A stretch of DNA of 60,531 nt from Candidatus Scatovivens sp. (GCA_045646345.1 JAZRKN010000002.1:1-60531); one strand, 5' to 3'; shown: positions 30,840-41,538, counted from the stretch's first letter. Translations and numbers: made by a program. The notes: a model not told the origin generated them from the sequence alone.

Positions 30840-30868
30840 ATTATACCACAAAAAAGCCACAAGGTCAA
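30840..30868 (-). promoter_or_regulatory. Sigma-A promoter
   Basis: TTGACC-17-TATAAT with extended TG. Confidence 0.75.
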
Positions 30869-30950
30869 AAACGCTGCTATTTTCACAAATCTATGAGATA
30901 AGTTAAAAACAAAAAAACAAAGTACATTCGGGTACTTTGCTTTTTACTTT

Positions 30951-32309
30951 TTATTTGCTACATAGTAACACACAGCTCTCAACATGATGAGTAAATGGAA
31001 ACATATCACATATCGATAGTTCTTTTATTTCATATTTTTCTTCTAATATTTTTAAATCTCTTGCAAGAGTTGCTGGATTACAACTAACATAAACAATTTT
31101 TTTGGGTTTAATTTTTAATAATGTATCTAATGCAGTTTTATCACATCCCTTTCTAGGCGGATCAACAAATACAACATCTGGTGTTATATTTCTTTCTTTT
31201 ATAAATTCTGGTAATGTTTTCTCAACATCTCCTACAAAAAATTCTGCATTTTCTAAATTATTTGCTCTAGCATTTTGCCAAGCATCTTCTATTGCTTCTG
31301 GAACGGTTTCTATACCATATAATTTTTTCACATTCTTTGAAGCAAAAATTCCAATTGTTCCTATGCCACAATACAAATCAAATACAGTTTCTTCTCCAGA
31401 AAGTCCTGCATATTCAACTGCTTTTCCGTATAATTTTTCTGTTTGAATTGGATTTACTTGATAAAAAGACATTGGAGAAATTTTAAATCTAAATTCTCCT
31501 AAATAATCATAAATATATCCATCTCCATATAAAACTTTATTTTCATTTCCTAAAATAACATTTGTATTTTTATTATTTATGTTTTTTACAATTGTTTTTA
31601 TTTCTTTATATTTTAAAGTAATAAATTTAACTAATTCTTCTTCTTTTTCAATTTTTTCTGTATTAGTAACCAAAGTAATCATAACTTCATTTGTTTTTTT
31701 ACCGATTCTAATTACAATATGTCTAATACTTCCTTTTAAAGTTTTTTCATTATAAACTTTAATGTTGTTTTTTACTATAAAATCATAAATATCGTTTGCA
31801 ATTTCTTGGCTTAAAGAATCTTGAATTTTACAATTATTTGTTGGTATTATTGTATGAGTTCTTTCCGCAAACACTCCCATTACAGGTTTACCAGTATTAT
31901 CAAGTCCAACCGGATATTGAAGTTTATTTCTATAATTGTAAGGATCTTCCATTTTTAAAACTTCAGAAATTTTTAATTCTCTTCCCAAAGTTTTTCTTAT
32001 AGTTGTTTCAACCGCTTCTTTTTTTATTTTTAGTGTCGTTTCATAGTCTAGATGACGAAGTGCACAACCACCACATCTTGAATAGGTTTGACAATCTATA
32101 TTATCAATTCTGCAATCAGCTTTTTCTAATATTTCAATAATCTTTCCATATGCTACTTTCGATGTAACTTTTAAAATTTTTATTTTTATTTTTTCACCTT
32201 TTATAGCATTAGGAATAAAAATTGCCATACCATCAATCTTAGCAATTCCTTCTCCTTGAAAACCATTATCAATTATATCTACAACATATTCTTCGTTCTT
32301 TTTTATCAT
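30951..32309 (-). CDS. rlmD: 23S rRNA m5U1939 methyltransferase
   Basis: TRAM domain, C...CGGC cluster, YRNK, SFYQVN, DLYCGIG, DPPRKG, YVSCNP, DMFP.T.HVE. Confidence 0.95.
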   Translation of the reverse strand: MIKKNEEYVVDIIDNGFQGEGIAKIDGMAIFIPNAIKGEKIKIKILKVTSKVAYGKIIEILEKADCRIDNIDCQTYSRCGGCALRHLDYETTLKIKKEAVETTIRKTLGRELKISEVLKMEDPYNYRNKLQYPVGLDNTGKPVMGVFAERTHTIIPTNNCKIQDSLSQEIANDIYDFIVKNNIKVYNEKTLKGSIRHIVIRIGKKTNEVMITLVTNTEKIEKEEELVKFITLKYKEIKTIVKNINNKNTNVILGNENKVLYGDGYIYDYLGEFRFKISPMSFYQVNPIQTEKLYGKAVEYAGLSGEETVFDLYCGIGTIGIFASKNVKKLYGIETVPEAIEDAWQNARANNLENAEFFVGDVEKTLPEFIKERNITPDVVFVDPPRKGCDKTALDTLLKIKPKKIVYVSCNPATLARDLKILEEKYEIKELSICDMFPFTHHVESCVLLCSK

Positions 32310-32345
32310 TCTTTTCCTCTTTAAATAATTTTATATTTATCACTT

Positions 32346-32819
32346 TTATCTTGAAGATCTACTTCTTCCGCCACCTTCTCTAGTTCTATCCTCTTTCTTT
32401 TTGTCCTTTTCTTTGTTTTTTTGTCCACTGTTTTTTTCTCGCTCTTCTCTAGTTTGAAGAAGTTCTTTATCTTGTCTTTGTCTTTCTTTTGCTTTATATA
32501 ATTTTCCAACAGCAATTATTTTGTTAATAGTCTCAACATCACATCTAACTCTTTCTTCAAAACTTTCTCTCTGTTGTCTTTCTAATCTTTTTTTCTTTTT
32601 CTTTTTTAAAGCTTCGAGTGCTTCTTGATTTAAAATTAATCCAATCTCATCAAGTTCTTCTTCTAAAGCCTCTAATTCTTCAATTGTTTTAATTCTTTTA
32701 ACTTTTTTCTTAATTTCTTTTAATTTTTGAATTTCTTCACTATCTTTTTTTATATTTATTATGTTTAATAATTTTTGAATAAATGAATCATCTTTTTTCT
32801 TATTATTCTTTTTTTCCAT
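32346..32819 (-). CDS. Highly charged hypothetical protein
   Basis: ATG 32819 behind GAGG, overlaps rnr stop; K/E/R-rich. Confidence 0.6.
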   Translation of the reverse strand: MEKKNNKKKDDSFIQKLLNIINIKKDSEEIQKLKEIKKKVKRIKTIEELEALEEELDEIGLILNQEALEALKKKKKKRLERQQRESFEERVRCDVETINKIIAVGKLYKAKERQRQDKELLQTREEREKNSGQKNKEKDKKKEDRTREGGGRSRSSR

Positions 32820-34827
32820 AATTTTTTCCTCTATATTTTTTCTCATCCATTTCTTCAGACAAATCTTCTTCATTTGTTTCTTCAACTAATTCAAAAGCAA
32901 TTTTTTTCAAAGCTTTGTTTGCATCAATAACTCTAATTTTAACTTGATCACCAATTTTAAAACTACGATTTGTTCTTTCACCGGTTAATGTTTTTCTATT
33001 TTCATCAAAAATAAAATATTCATTTCCCATATTTTCAAAGCGTATTAATCCTTCAACTGTTGATTCAAGTTCTACAAACATTCCAAATGCAGTAATTGAA
33101 GACACGATTCCCAAATATTCTTCGCCAATTTTATCTTCCATAAATTCTGCTTTTTTAATATCTTCAGCATCCCTTTCAGCTTTTGTTGCTGTTTTTTCTG
33201 TTTCTGTAGAAGAATCTGCATATTTTTCTGCTTTATTTTGTAATGAACTTAATCTTTTTTCATCAATATTATAACCTTTCTCAATATATTCAGAAATAAC
33301 TCTATGAATAAAAAGATCAGGATATCTTCTAATTGGTGATGTAAAATGGCAGTAATATTTGCTTGCTATACCAAAATGTCCTTTATTTTCTGCTTCATAT
33401 TTTGCAACTTTTAGAGTTCTTAATATTAATGTTGAAATTACTCTTTCATATTCAGTTTCTTTTAATTTAGTTAAAACATCTGAAAAAGCTCTTGGTTTAA
33501 TATTATCTTTTGTACATTTTATTTTTTCTCCAATATTAAATAAAAATTTATTTGTTTCTTGGATTTTATCATATTCAGGTTCTTCATGAACTCTATAAAT
33601 AAAAGGAGCTTCTAACCAATAAAATTTCTCTGCCACAGTTTCATTAGCTGTAAGCATAAATTGTTCAATTATTTCATTTGCAAAAGTAGTTTCGTATTTC
33701 TTTACTTCTACCGCTTTTCCATTTTCATCTAAAATAATTTTACTTTCTGGTATATCTAAATTTAAATAACCTGCAGTTAATCTTTTTTCTTTTAATATTA
33801 ATGCAAGTTCTTCCATCAATTTAAAATTATCAATGTATTTGTTATATTTTTGCGTTACTTCTTCATCAAGATTATTTAATATTTTATTTACATCCGTATA
33901 GCTCATTCTTTCAGTAACTCTAATTACAGATTTGTAAACATCGCCAGAAATAACATTTCCTTTAGGATCTATTTCCATGCTGCAAGAAAGAGCAAATCTA
34001 TCTTGACCTGCATTCAAACTGCAAATCCCATTAGAAAGTTCAAAAGGAAGCATTGGAATAACTCTATCAAACATATACACACTTGTTCCTCTTCTTATAG
34101 CTTCTTTGTCTAATTTACTTCCTTCTTTTACATAGAAACTAACATCTGCAATATGAACATCTAAACAATAATTTCCATCTTCATTTTTATAAACATTAAT
34201 TGCATCATCTAAATCTTTAGCATCTTCGCCATCTATTGTAAATATCGTATCACTTCTTAAATCTGTTCTATTTTTTATATCTTTTTCATCTATAATTTGA
34301 GAAATATTTTTTGCTTCCAATTCTACTAATTCTGGAAATTCATTTGGTAATTCAAATTCTTTTATTACAGAAAGCATATCTATTCCAGCTTGATTTACGT
34401 TTCCTAAGACTTCAACAATTTCACCTTCTGCATTTTTCCCTTTTTCTGGATATTTTACAATTTTAGCCATTACTTTATCGTTATTTTTTGCATTTTTACA
34501 TTTATTTTTAGGTATGAAAATATCAGTCCCAAATCTTTTATCATCTGGAACTACAAAACCAAAAGTTTTATTTGCTTGAAAAATTCCAACCACATTTTCT
34601 TTTTCTCTTTTAATTATTTTAATTATTTTGGCTTCAGCTCTTCTAGTTCCTTGTTTTGGTTTCATAATAGAAACTCTCACAGTATCGCCATTTAAAGCTC
34701 CATTTACATTTTTGGCTGGAATAAAAAAGTCTTCTTCTTGTCCTTCTATTTCAACAAAACCAAAACCTTTTTCATTTGCCCTAAATATACCTTCAATTTT
34801 AGGATTCTTTTTTAATTTCTTTCCCAT
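32803..34827 (-). CDS. rnr: Ribonuclease R
   Basis: Two CSD domains (GFGF), TIDGEDAKDLDDA, HFTSPIRRYPDL, C-terminal S1; downstream of secG. Confidence 0.96.
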   Translation of the reverse strand: MGKKLKKNPKIEGIFRANEKGFGFVEIEGQEEDFFIPAKNVNGALNGDTVRVSIMKPKQGTRRAEAKIIKIIKREKENVVGIFQANKTFGFVVPDDKRFGTDIFIPKNKCKNAKNNDKVMAKIVKYPEKGKNAEGEIVEVLGNVNQAGIDMLSVIKEFELPNEFPELVELEAKNISQIIDEKDIKNRTDLRSDTIFTIDGEDAKDLDDAINVYKNEDGNYCLDVHIADVSFYVKEGSKLDKEAIRRGTSVYMFDRVIPMLPFELSNGICSLNAGQDRFALSCSMEIDPKGNVISGDVYKSVIRVTERMSYTDVNKILNNLDEEVTQKYNKYIDNFKLMEELALILKEKRLTAGYLNLDIPESKIILDENGKAVEVKKYETTFANEIIEQFMLTANETVAEKFYWLEAPFIYRVHEEPEYDKIQETNKFLFNIGEKIKCTKDNIKPRAFSDVLTKLKETEYERVISTLILRTLKVAKYEAENKGHFGIASKYYCHFTSPIRRYPDLFIHRVISEYIEKGYNIDEKRLSSLQNKAEKYADSSTETEKTATKAERDAEDIKKAEFMEDKIGEEYLGIVSSITAFGMFVELESTVEGLIRFENMGNEYFIFDENRKTLTGERTNRSFKIGDQVKIRVIDANKALKKIAFELVEETNEEDLSEEMDEKKYRGKNYGKKE

Positions 34828-34933
34828 TTTTCTCCTTATATTTTATCCTTCAATATATTAATCTATAATTCATTTTAAAACGTTAAAAATGGGCAGTACT
34901 ATATCATACTGCCCAATAATCTTATTTTAAATA

Positions 34934-35182
34934 CTAAACAACATAAACTATTCCTAAAGCTACTGTTAAGATAGCAAAAGCTACCATTAATATTATTGTT
35001 GTTTTTTTCATTTTTCCTTCTGTTGTTTTTCCTTTATTTTTTTCATAAAAATTATTTGCAGAGGCACCAACAATAGTTCCAGAAGCTCCACCGTCTTCTT
35101 TATTTTGTTTTAAAACTAAAATTACTAACGCTACACATACTACCGCGTAAATTGCCATCATGATATATTTTACTATTTCCAT
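34934..35182 (-). CDS. secG: Preprotein translocase subunit SecG
   Basis: Two TM helices, VLKQ...GASG linker, secG-rnr synteny; start at ATG 35182 behind GGAGG. Confidence 0.9.
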   Translation of the reverse strand: MEIVKYIMMAIYAVVCVALVILVLKQNKEDGGASGTIVGASANNFYEKNKGKTTEGKMKKTTIILMVAFAILTVALGIVYVV

Positions 35183-35275
35183 ATTTGTATTAACCTCCAA
35201 TTTTCTTCCGTCTATTAACTATTTAAGTTTACCATAAGAAAATATAAAAATCAACTAATTTTTGGAAAAACTTTA

Positions 35276-38074
35276 TTACATTATCATTTCATAATCAGTT
35301 TTGTGTTTTTTAACAATTTCTTGTAAAAATTCACTTTCTTTTTCTGTGTATCTTGAGCTTATAGTATCATTAAAATATTTAACCATCTCATCCATCCAAG
35401 TTTTATCTTCACTTTGTGTTCTATGAGCAATTCTATCAGTTCTTGGAACAATCTCTCTTAAAACAGCACTTTCCATTATTGCATTTCCGTTTTTTCCAAT
35501 AGTTACTAAATCTGATTCATTTCTTCTAAATTCATCTTCACTTAATATATATGTAGCAACACCATATGCTGGTTTATCTGCATCATAATATTTTTCAATA
35601 ATTCTTACTCCTAATTTACTTGAAGCAAACTCTACAAATCCATTTGCATATCTAGTTGCTCTCACATCTTTATCTAATGCTTTATAAAATTTCCATTTAA
35701 TAAAATCAGGGTAAACATATCTGTTAGAATCAGTTCCACCTTTTCCTGTTTTTTGTCTTGACGGACCTTTTTTTGTTTTTCTTTTTTCTGAATTATCAAA
35801 ATTCAACATACTTAAATAAAATTCTCTTGCTTCTTTATCTTCTTCAGAATCTTCACCAAACATATTCATTATAATAATAAATTTTCTTTCATCAGAAAAT
35901 TCTTTATCATCAAAAATTTGATCTAACATTTCTTCTAAATCTTTTTTTGACATATTACTTCTTACTTTTTTGGTATCTTCTATTGAAAGTTTATCTAATA
36001 TTGGAATTATATAACTATTATCCATATGAACAATATTTTCTAGTCCAATTAGTCCATCTTCATATAATACTTTTAAAGATTCACTTAAAACAGCCTCTTC
36101 TGAAACATCCATTTCGATATAATAGTATTCTAATAATAAATCTCCAAATGCTACTTTTTCATTTTCTGATATTTGATTATATTTATTAAAAACTTCTCTA
36201 TATCTTTCTTTTTCGCTTCTTAAGAATTTTATATCTCTTCTTAAATTCTCAATTCCTTCTAAATCATCTGGATTAGATTCTTGATATTTAATAAATTCAA
36301 CATATTTTTCTGCATATGCTTTATATCTAATAAGTAGTTCATTTTTATCAAATACACTTTTCATTTTATTTCTATGTTCTTCTTTTTCTGAATCTGTCAT
36401 ATCTGATTCTAATTCTTCTAACATTTCTCTTGTAATAATTGCTTGTCTAAAATAAACTTTTATATCATTTTCATTAATATAACCATTTGAATATAAATTC
36501 CCAAAAAGTAATTCTTTATTTTCTCTAGCTTGTTCTCTTAGTTCTTCATTATCAACAAAGGCTTCTTCTATGCTTTTATCAAATTCTCCAGTTTGCACAT
36601 CAATAAAGAAATCTTTTATCATATCTTTTCTTAATTTTCCAAGTGCAAAAAATCTTTTAAAGTTTTCAAAGTTCATTAATCCAAGTGCTAATAAATCATC
36701 TTCCGAAAATTCTACTCTTCTTATTAATTCATCACTCCAAGATGCAATTTCATTTGGATTTTCATAAGCATTGTATAATAAATTAAGTTGAGTTGTATAT
36801 GTTAAATATATCCCATCACAGAATCTTTTCATTCCGTCTTCTATCTTTTTAAAATTATGTGTTTCTTTAATATCTCCAAAAGCAATTGTTGCAGAACTTC
36901 TTTTATTAACAATTCCTGCTTCTAAGACCTTTCTACAAATGATTTCAGTTCTTCTCATTTTTTCCATCGCTTCATTTAATGTGTTTCCATCATAATCATA
37001 TTTTTCTGTATCTACACTTTCTCTTGCTTTTTCAGCCATTTCATCTAAAGATTTTTGACCAAAAGTAGAATTATCAATAAAATTTTTTTCAGGTGCCATA
37101 GCATTTAAAAGATCAAAGGATCTAGACATATAAAATAGCATTAATTTTTCCACATCAACATACTTAGCACTATCTAAAATACATCCTGCGATTAATTGTG
37201 AATTTATTTCTTTTTTTTCAGTTTTTAAAAGATCTTGTGCTTTATCTCTTAATTCCTCAATTGATAATGCTGCAATTTGTTCAGGAGTATACCCCTTTGT
37301 AAGAAGGTAATTTTTAAAACTACTTATATATTGCATTTCAGAAAATCTTTTATTTTGCAAAATAACATTCAAATCCATTAAAGTTATTCTTTCTGCAATT
37401 TCTTTTATTACTCCAATAAACTCAGCATTTTGTACATCTTCTTTTCCTTCAATTATAGAAACTAAATTTATTAAAGCATCAACTCCTACAGTTTGTTTTT
37501 TGGAATATTTTCTTTCTTGTTTTAATGTTAAAAATTGATGAGTTTTATACTTGTTTGTCTCATCATCATAAAATTCTCTAAGCGCTGGTTCATTTTCATT
37601 CATTGCTTCAGCAAAAATTTTTACATTCTTTCTTGCATCTGAAGACATTGCTTTAAATTCATCTGGATTTGCTTCTACTATAGCTTCATATTCTCTACAT
37701 AATTGAACCCAGAACAACCCCATATCTATTCCTGATTTACCTGGGTTATTTAAAGCTTCTTTTATTTCTTCAGCTAATGCTCTTATTTCCATTTCAAGAT
37801 TGTTTTTGTCCATTTCAGTACGAACTGCATGAGTAAACGTTGCCATTGGACTATTACCTATTATTCCATTATTTCTATAAGTTAAAACTGCTCTTTCATA
37901 ATCTTCAACTAATTTTCTAAAAGAATTTCTTTTTCTTATATCTGGTATTATGTATTCATACTTTCCGATATTTTCAGATTTAACAACTCCTGTCCAAACA
38001 AATTTAGAATCTTTTCCCACTAAAACAGGAGAAGCCACTACTTTTTGCATATCAATCTTTCTTGTATTTGCCAT
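35276..38074 (-). CDS. Large hypothetical protein (932 aa)
   Basis: Long ORF with host-like composition and AAGGA RBS; no motif recognised. Confidence 0.75.
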   Translation of the reverse strand: MANTRKIDMQKVVASPVLVGKDSKFVWTGVVKSENIGKYEYIIPDIRKRNSFRKLVEDYERAVLTYRNNGIIGNSPMATFTHAVRTEMDKNNLEMEIRALAEEIKEALNNPGKSGIDMGLFWVQLCREYEAIVEANPDEFKAMSSDARKNVKIFAEAMNENEPALREFYDDETNKYKTHQFLTLKQERKYSKKQTVGVDALINLVSIIEGKEDVQNAEFIGVIKEIAERITLMDLNVILQNKRFSEMQYISSFKNYLLTKGYTPEQIAALSIEELRDKAQDLLKTEKKEINSQLIAGCILDSAKYVDVEKLMLFYMSRSFDLLNAMAPEKNFIDNSTFGQKSLDEMAEKARESVDTEKYDYDGNTLNEAMEKMRRTEIICRKVLEAGIVNKRSSATIAFGDIKETHNFKKIEDGMKRFCDGIYLTYTTQLNLLYNAYENPNEIASWSDELIRRVEFSEDDLLALGLMNFENFKRFFALGKLRKDMIKDFFIDVQTGEFDKSIEEAFVDNEELREQARENKELLFGNLYSNGYINENDIKVYFRQAIITREMLEELESDMTDSEKEEHRNKMKSVFDKNELLIRYKAYAEKYVEFIKYQESNPDDLEGIENLRRDIKFLRSEKERYREVFNKYNQISENEKVAFGDLLLEYYYIEMDVSEEAVLSESLKVLYEDGLIGLENIVHMDNSYIIPILDKLSIEDTKKVRSNMSKKDLEEMLDQIFDDKEFSDERKFIIIMNMFGEDSEEDKEAREFYLSMLNFDNSEKRKTKKGPSRQKTGKGGTDSNRYVYPDFIKWKFYKALDKDVRATRYANGFVEFASSKLGVRIIEKYYDADKPAYGVATYILSEDEFRRNESDLVTIGKNGNAIMESAVLREIVPRTDRIAHRTQSEDKTWMDEMVKYFNDTISSRYTEKESEFLQEIVKKHKTDYEMIM

Positions 38075-38101
38075 ATTTTCAACATCCTTTTTATAATTAT
38101 T

Positions 38102-38899
38102 CTATATATCCAATTTAAGTTTTATTTGTTTAAATGGATTTTTATTTACGATAACATATTCTGAATTAATTTTATCTTTAAAAGACTTTATCTTTTCTTT
38201 ATCATTCGAAAATAACATCGTACAGAATTTATATCCTTGTTTATTAATAATCTTTATTGCATCATCAAATTCTAAATCATCAAAAAACTCCACTTCAAAT
38301 TCATTTTGATTAAACACTTCAAATATCATTTCTTGCAGTTCTTCAAATTCATCAGAATCAGAATAGACTTCAAATATTCCATACGGATTTAATGTTACAT
38401 CTATTTTATTTTGTAATCTGTTATATAAATTGCTATTTCCTATAATTATTGTTTTCTCTACTAATTTTGAATTTTCTATAATTTCAAAATCATTTAATAA
38501 GTTCTTTAATATAACTCTATTTTTATTTTTTATTTTTTCTAAAACTTTATTTATTGTTTCAATTAAAATTGTATTCTGAGCTAAACAAAAATCTTCAATT
38601 CCTATAATTAAGGTCATATTATTTCTAATTGCTTCAATTCCCAATTTAAATACAATTTCTGGATTCCCTGGAAGTAATATTAAAACTTTTTTAAAATTTT
38701 TTTCGAAGTTTTCTAAATCTTTGTACTCATTAATTACACTTTTTAAATGCTCTTCATTAATCATTTTTTTATAATGTTTTCCATCTATCGTTTGTGCATC
38801 TTTTAAAAGTTTTAAAAAATCTTTATTAGAAATTTCTTTTTCTAATTCTATTAAAAATTTATCAAAAAAAATTTTAGATTCATATAAATTTTCTTTCAT
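38102..38899 (-). CDS. Degenerate aldehyde-dehydrogenase/ProA-fold protein
   Basis: VLILLPGNP...EAIRNNMTLII and DDAIKIIN..G...MLFSND...F...INSEYVIVN resemble ALDH/ProA segments. Confidence 0.5.
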   Translation of the reverse strand: MKENLYESKIFFDKFLIELEKEISNKDFLKLLKDAQTIDGKHYKKMINEEHLKSVINEYKDLENFEKNFKKVLILLPGNPEIVFKLGIEAIRNNMTLIIGIEDFCLAQNTILIETINKVLEKIKNKNRVILKNLLNDFEIIENSKLVEKTIIIGNSNLYNRLQNKIDVTLNPYGIFEVYSDSDEFEELQEMIFEVFNQNEFEVEFFDDLEFDDAIKIINKQGYKFCTMLFSNDKEKIKSFKDKINSEYVIVNKNPFKQIKLKLDI

Positions 38900-39037
38900 A
38901 TAATTCCTTTCAAAAAAATCCTTTATTTTCTATATTTCACACGGTTTTTATTATATCATACTTATTGCATATTTTCAACAATTATGTTAACTTTAGTTAT
39001 AAAAAAAAGAATCACTTTTTTAAGTGATTCTTTTTAT

Positions 39038-41143
39038 CTATTTATTACAAGAATTATAATATGGACAACTTGCACATTCAGATTCTTTTTTAATAATTTT
39101 TTTAATTATTATTGTTGCTACTATCATAATAACAACACTTCCAATAATTAAATCAGCAATACTAATTACACCTGTTTCAAGTCTACTTCCAATTTGATAT
39201 ACTAACACAGCTAATATCCATGCAAAAACAGTTTGAAAAGTTACAGCTTCAAGCATTCTTTTAGTTCCACCAAGTTCTCTTTTCATTGCAGCTATTGCAC
39301 CAAAACATGGCGCACTAAACAAATTAAATACCATAAAGGCATATGCAGATGCTGCTGAAAAATTCTCAAAAGTTGTACCTTCTGCAAAAATTTCTATTCC
39401 TTCTTCGACATCTTCTGAAAGTCCTGCTATAACAGCCATCGAAGATACCACTTGTTCTTTAGCAACTAAACCTTGAATAGCAGAAACTGCTGCTCCCCAG
39501 TTATTTTCTCCAAGCATCGGATAGAAAATCCATGATATTTTGTTTCCTATTTTAGCAAGCATACTTTCTTCAATGTTTACTCCATATTCCATCGTAAATG
39601 AAAATGATAGCAAAAACCAAATAATAATAGAACAAAGCAAAATAACGCTTCCTGCTCTTTTAATAAATGAAACAATTTTATCTGCAACATCTTTAAATAC
39701 ATATTTAATACTTGGAATTTTATAATCAGGTAATTCAGAAATATATGTACTCGATGTTTTCTTGAAAATAAATTTTTTCATTAAAATCGCACTAATTATA
39801 ATAACAATTATTGCAAAGAAATATAATGATGCAGATACAAATCCAGAATTACCTTCAAAGAAATATCCTGCAAACAATGCGATTATCGGAAGTTTCGCAC
39901 TACATGGTATAAATGGTGTCAATATTGTTGTCATTTTTCTTTCATCTTCATTTTCAACAATTCTTGTTCCCATTATTCCTGGTACAGAACATCCTGAACC
40001 TATTATAAATGGAATTAAACTTTTTCCACTTAAACCAATTTTTCTAAATACTTTATCTAATAAAAGTGCTATTCTTGACATATATCCTGTTGTTTCAAGT
40101 AAAGATATACACAAAAACAATATTATAAGCTGCGGAACAAAACCAATAACAGCTCCAACACCTGCAATAATTCCATCTACAATTAAACTAGATAATATCT
40201 CTGAAGTTCCTATATTTTCTAAAACAATAATTGTTTTTTCAGAAACTAAATCAGTTAAGTTTCCAATCATATCAACAGTTGCGCTACCAATTACTCCAAC
40301 AGATAAATAATATACTAAAAACATTATGATAGTAAAAATTGGAAATGCAATCCATTTGTTCAAAAATATTCTATCTAATTTATCTGTTGATGATTCTTTC
40401 ATTTCTTTTAGTTCTACTGATTCTTTTTTTACTTTTTCAATAAACTCATATCTTTCTGTAGCAATAATTTCTTCTAAATCAGTATCATATTTTTTTTGTA
40501 AATTTTCAGTAATTTCTTTGATATATTCTGTCTCAAAATTATCAAATCTATTATCTCTTTCTAATAATTTTATCGCCACAAATTTATTATGTTTTTCATT
40601 TAATTCATTTTCAATCTCACTTGATGCCTTTTCTATTTTATCATCAAAAACTTTACTTCTAGTCAAATCGTCTTTTATTTCAACTTCTTTTATTAATTCA
40701 TCAATTCCTGTTTCTTTTAATGCAGAAATTTTAAAAACTTTTACGCCTAACTTTTCCTCTAATTTTTTTTCATCAATTATAATTCCCTTTTTTTCTAAGA
40801 TATCTGTCATATTTAATGCAATAATAAGTTTTGTATCTAACTCCATAAGCTGAGTTGTTAAATACAAACTTCTTTCAATTGTAGTACTATCAACGATATT
40901 AATTATTACATCTGGATTATCTTCGAATATATATTGTCTTGAGATCTCTTCTTCTGTACTATATGGACTTAACGAATATATACCAGGAAGATCTGTTATC
41001 TCATTTTCAGTTCCTTTTATTTTTCCTGTTTTCTTTTCAATTGTAACACCAGGCCAATTTCCTATTTTTGCATTCATTCCAGTCAAATAATTAAATAACG
41101 TTGTTTTTCCACTGTTTTGATTTCCTACTAAAGCAACTTTCAT
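39038..41143 (-). CDS. feoB: Ferrous iron transporter FeoB
   Basis: GNQNSGKT, NWPGVT, DLPG, gate GCSVP and PCSAKL, C-terminal CxxC...C. Confidence 0.97.
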   Translation of the reverse strand: MKVALVGNQNSGKTTLFNYLTGMNAKIGNWPGVTIEKKTGKIKGTENEITDLPGIYSLSPYSTEEEISRQYIFEDNPDVIINIVDSTTIERSLYLTTQLMELDTKLIIALNMTDILEKKGIIIDEKKLEEKLGVKVFKISALKETGIDELIKEVEIKDDLTRSKVFDDKIEKASSEIENELNEKHNKFVAIKLLERDNRFDNFETEYIKEITENLQKKYDTDLEEIIATERYEFIEKVKKESVELKEMKESSTDKLDRIFLNKWIAFPIFTIIMFLVYYLSVGVIGSATVDMIGNLTDLVSEKTIIVLENIGTSEILSSLIVDGIIAGVGAVIGFVPQLIILFLCISLLETTGYMSRIALLLDKVFRKIGLSGKSLIPFIIGSGCSVPGIMGTRIVENEDERKMTTILTPFIPCSAKLPIIALFAGYFFEGNSGFVSASLYFFAIIVIIISAILMKKFIFKKTSSTYISELPDYKIPSIKYVFKDVADKIVSFIKRAGSVILLCSIIIWFLLSFSFTMEYGVNIEESMLAKIGNKISWIFYPMLGENNWGAAVSAIQGLVAKEQVVSSMAVIAGLSEDVEEGIEIFAEGTTFENFSAASAYAFMVFNLFSAPCFGAIAAMKRELGGTKRMLEAVTFQTVFAWILAVLVYQIGSRLETGVISIADLIIGSVVIMIVATIIIKKIIKKESECASCPYYNSCNK

Positions 41144-41373
41144 TATTTTATTACCTCCACTTCTATTTGTGTTAAATCAGCCTTTCTAATACAAAGCTCA
41201 TAACCTCTCAATTTTATATCTATAGGATCCCCCATTGGTGCAATCTTTTTTATTTCTACTTCTACCCCTCTAGTAATCCCCATATCTAATAAATGTCTTT
41301 TTATTTGTTTGTTATCTATATTTAAATTAAGTACTTTGGCTTTTTGTCCAATATTTAGTTCTCCTAAATTCAT
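41143..41373 (-). CDS. feoA: Ferrous iron transport protein FeoA
   Basis: LLDMGI..G, APMGDP, RGYEL; start at ATG 41373 behind GGAGGT. Confidence 0.95.
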   Translation of the reverse strand: MNLGELNIGQKAKVLNLNIDNKQIKRHLLDMGITRGVEVEIKKIAPMGDPIDIKLRGYELCIRKADLTQIEVEVIK

Positions 41374-41388
41374 TTTTTGCACCTCCAA

Positions 41389-41470
41389 ATATGAAACTTT
41401 TTTCATCTTTCACTGTGATTATATTATTTTTAAAAAATATTGTCAATAAAATATGAAACTTTTTTCATAT
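41389..41470. promoter_or_regulatory. Two copies of palindromic operator ATATGAAA-CTTT-TTTCAT(AT) around the feoAB promoter
   Basis: Identical 18-mer at 41389-41406 and 41451-41468; feo promoter TTGACA-17-TATAAT (41446-41418) lies between them. Confidence 0.75.
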
Positions 41471-41538
41471 TAAATTTGACTTTTTTTATAATTTCTTTTA
41501 TACTTTTATTAGCATATATTTTATTTTAAGGAGCTTTT

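Noticed and set aside
26600-30990. ICE/IME integrated at the rlmD 3' end
   Set aside because: No integrase, relaxase or duplicated rlmD 3' sequence seen, and host-like genes are interleaved
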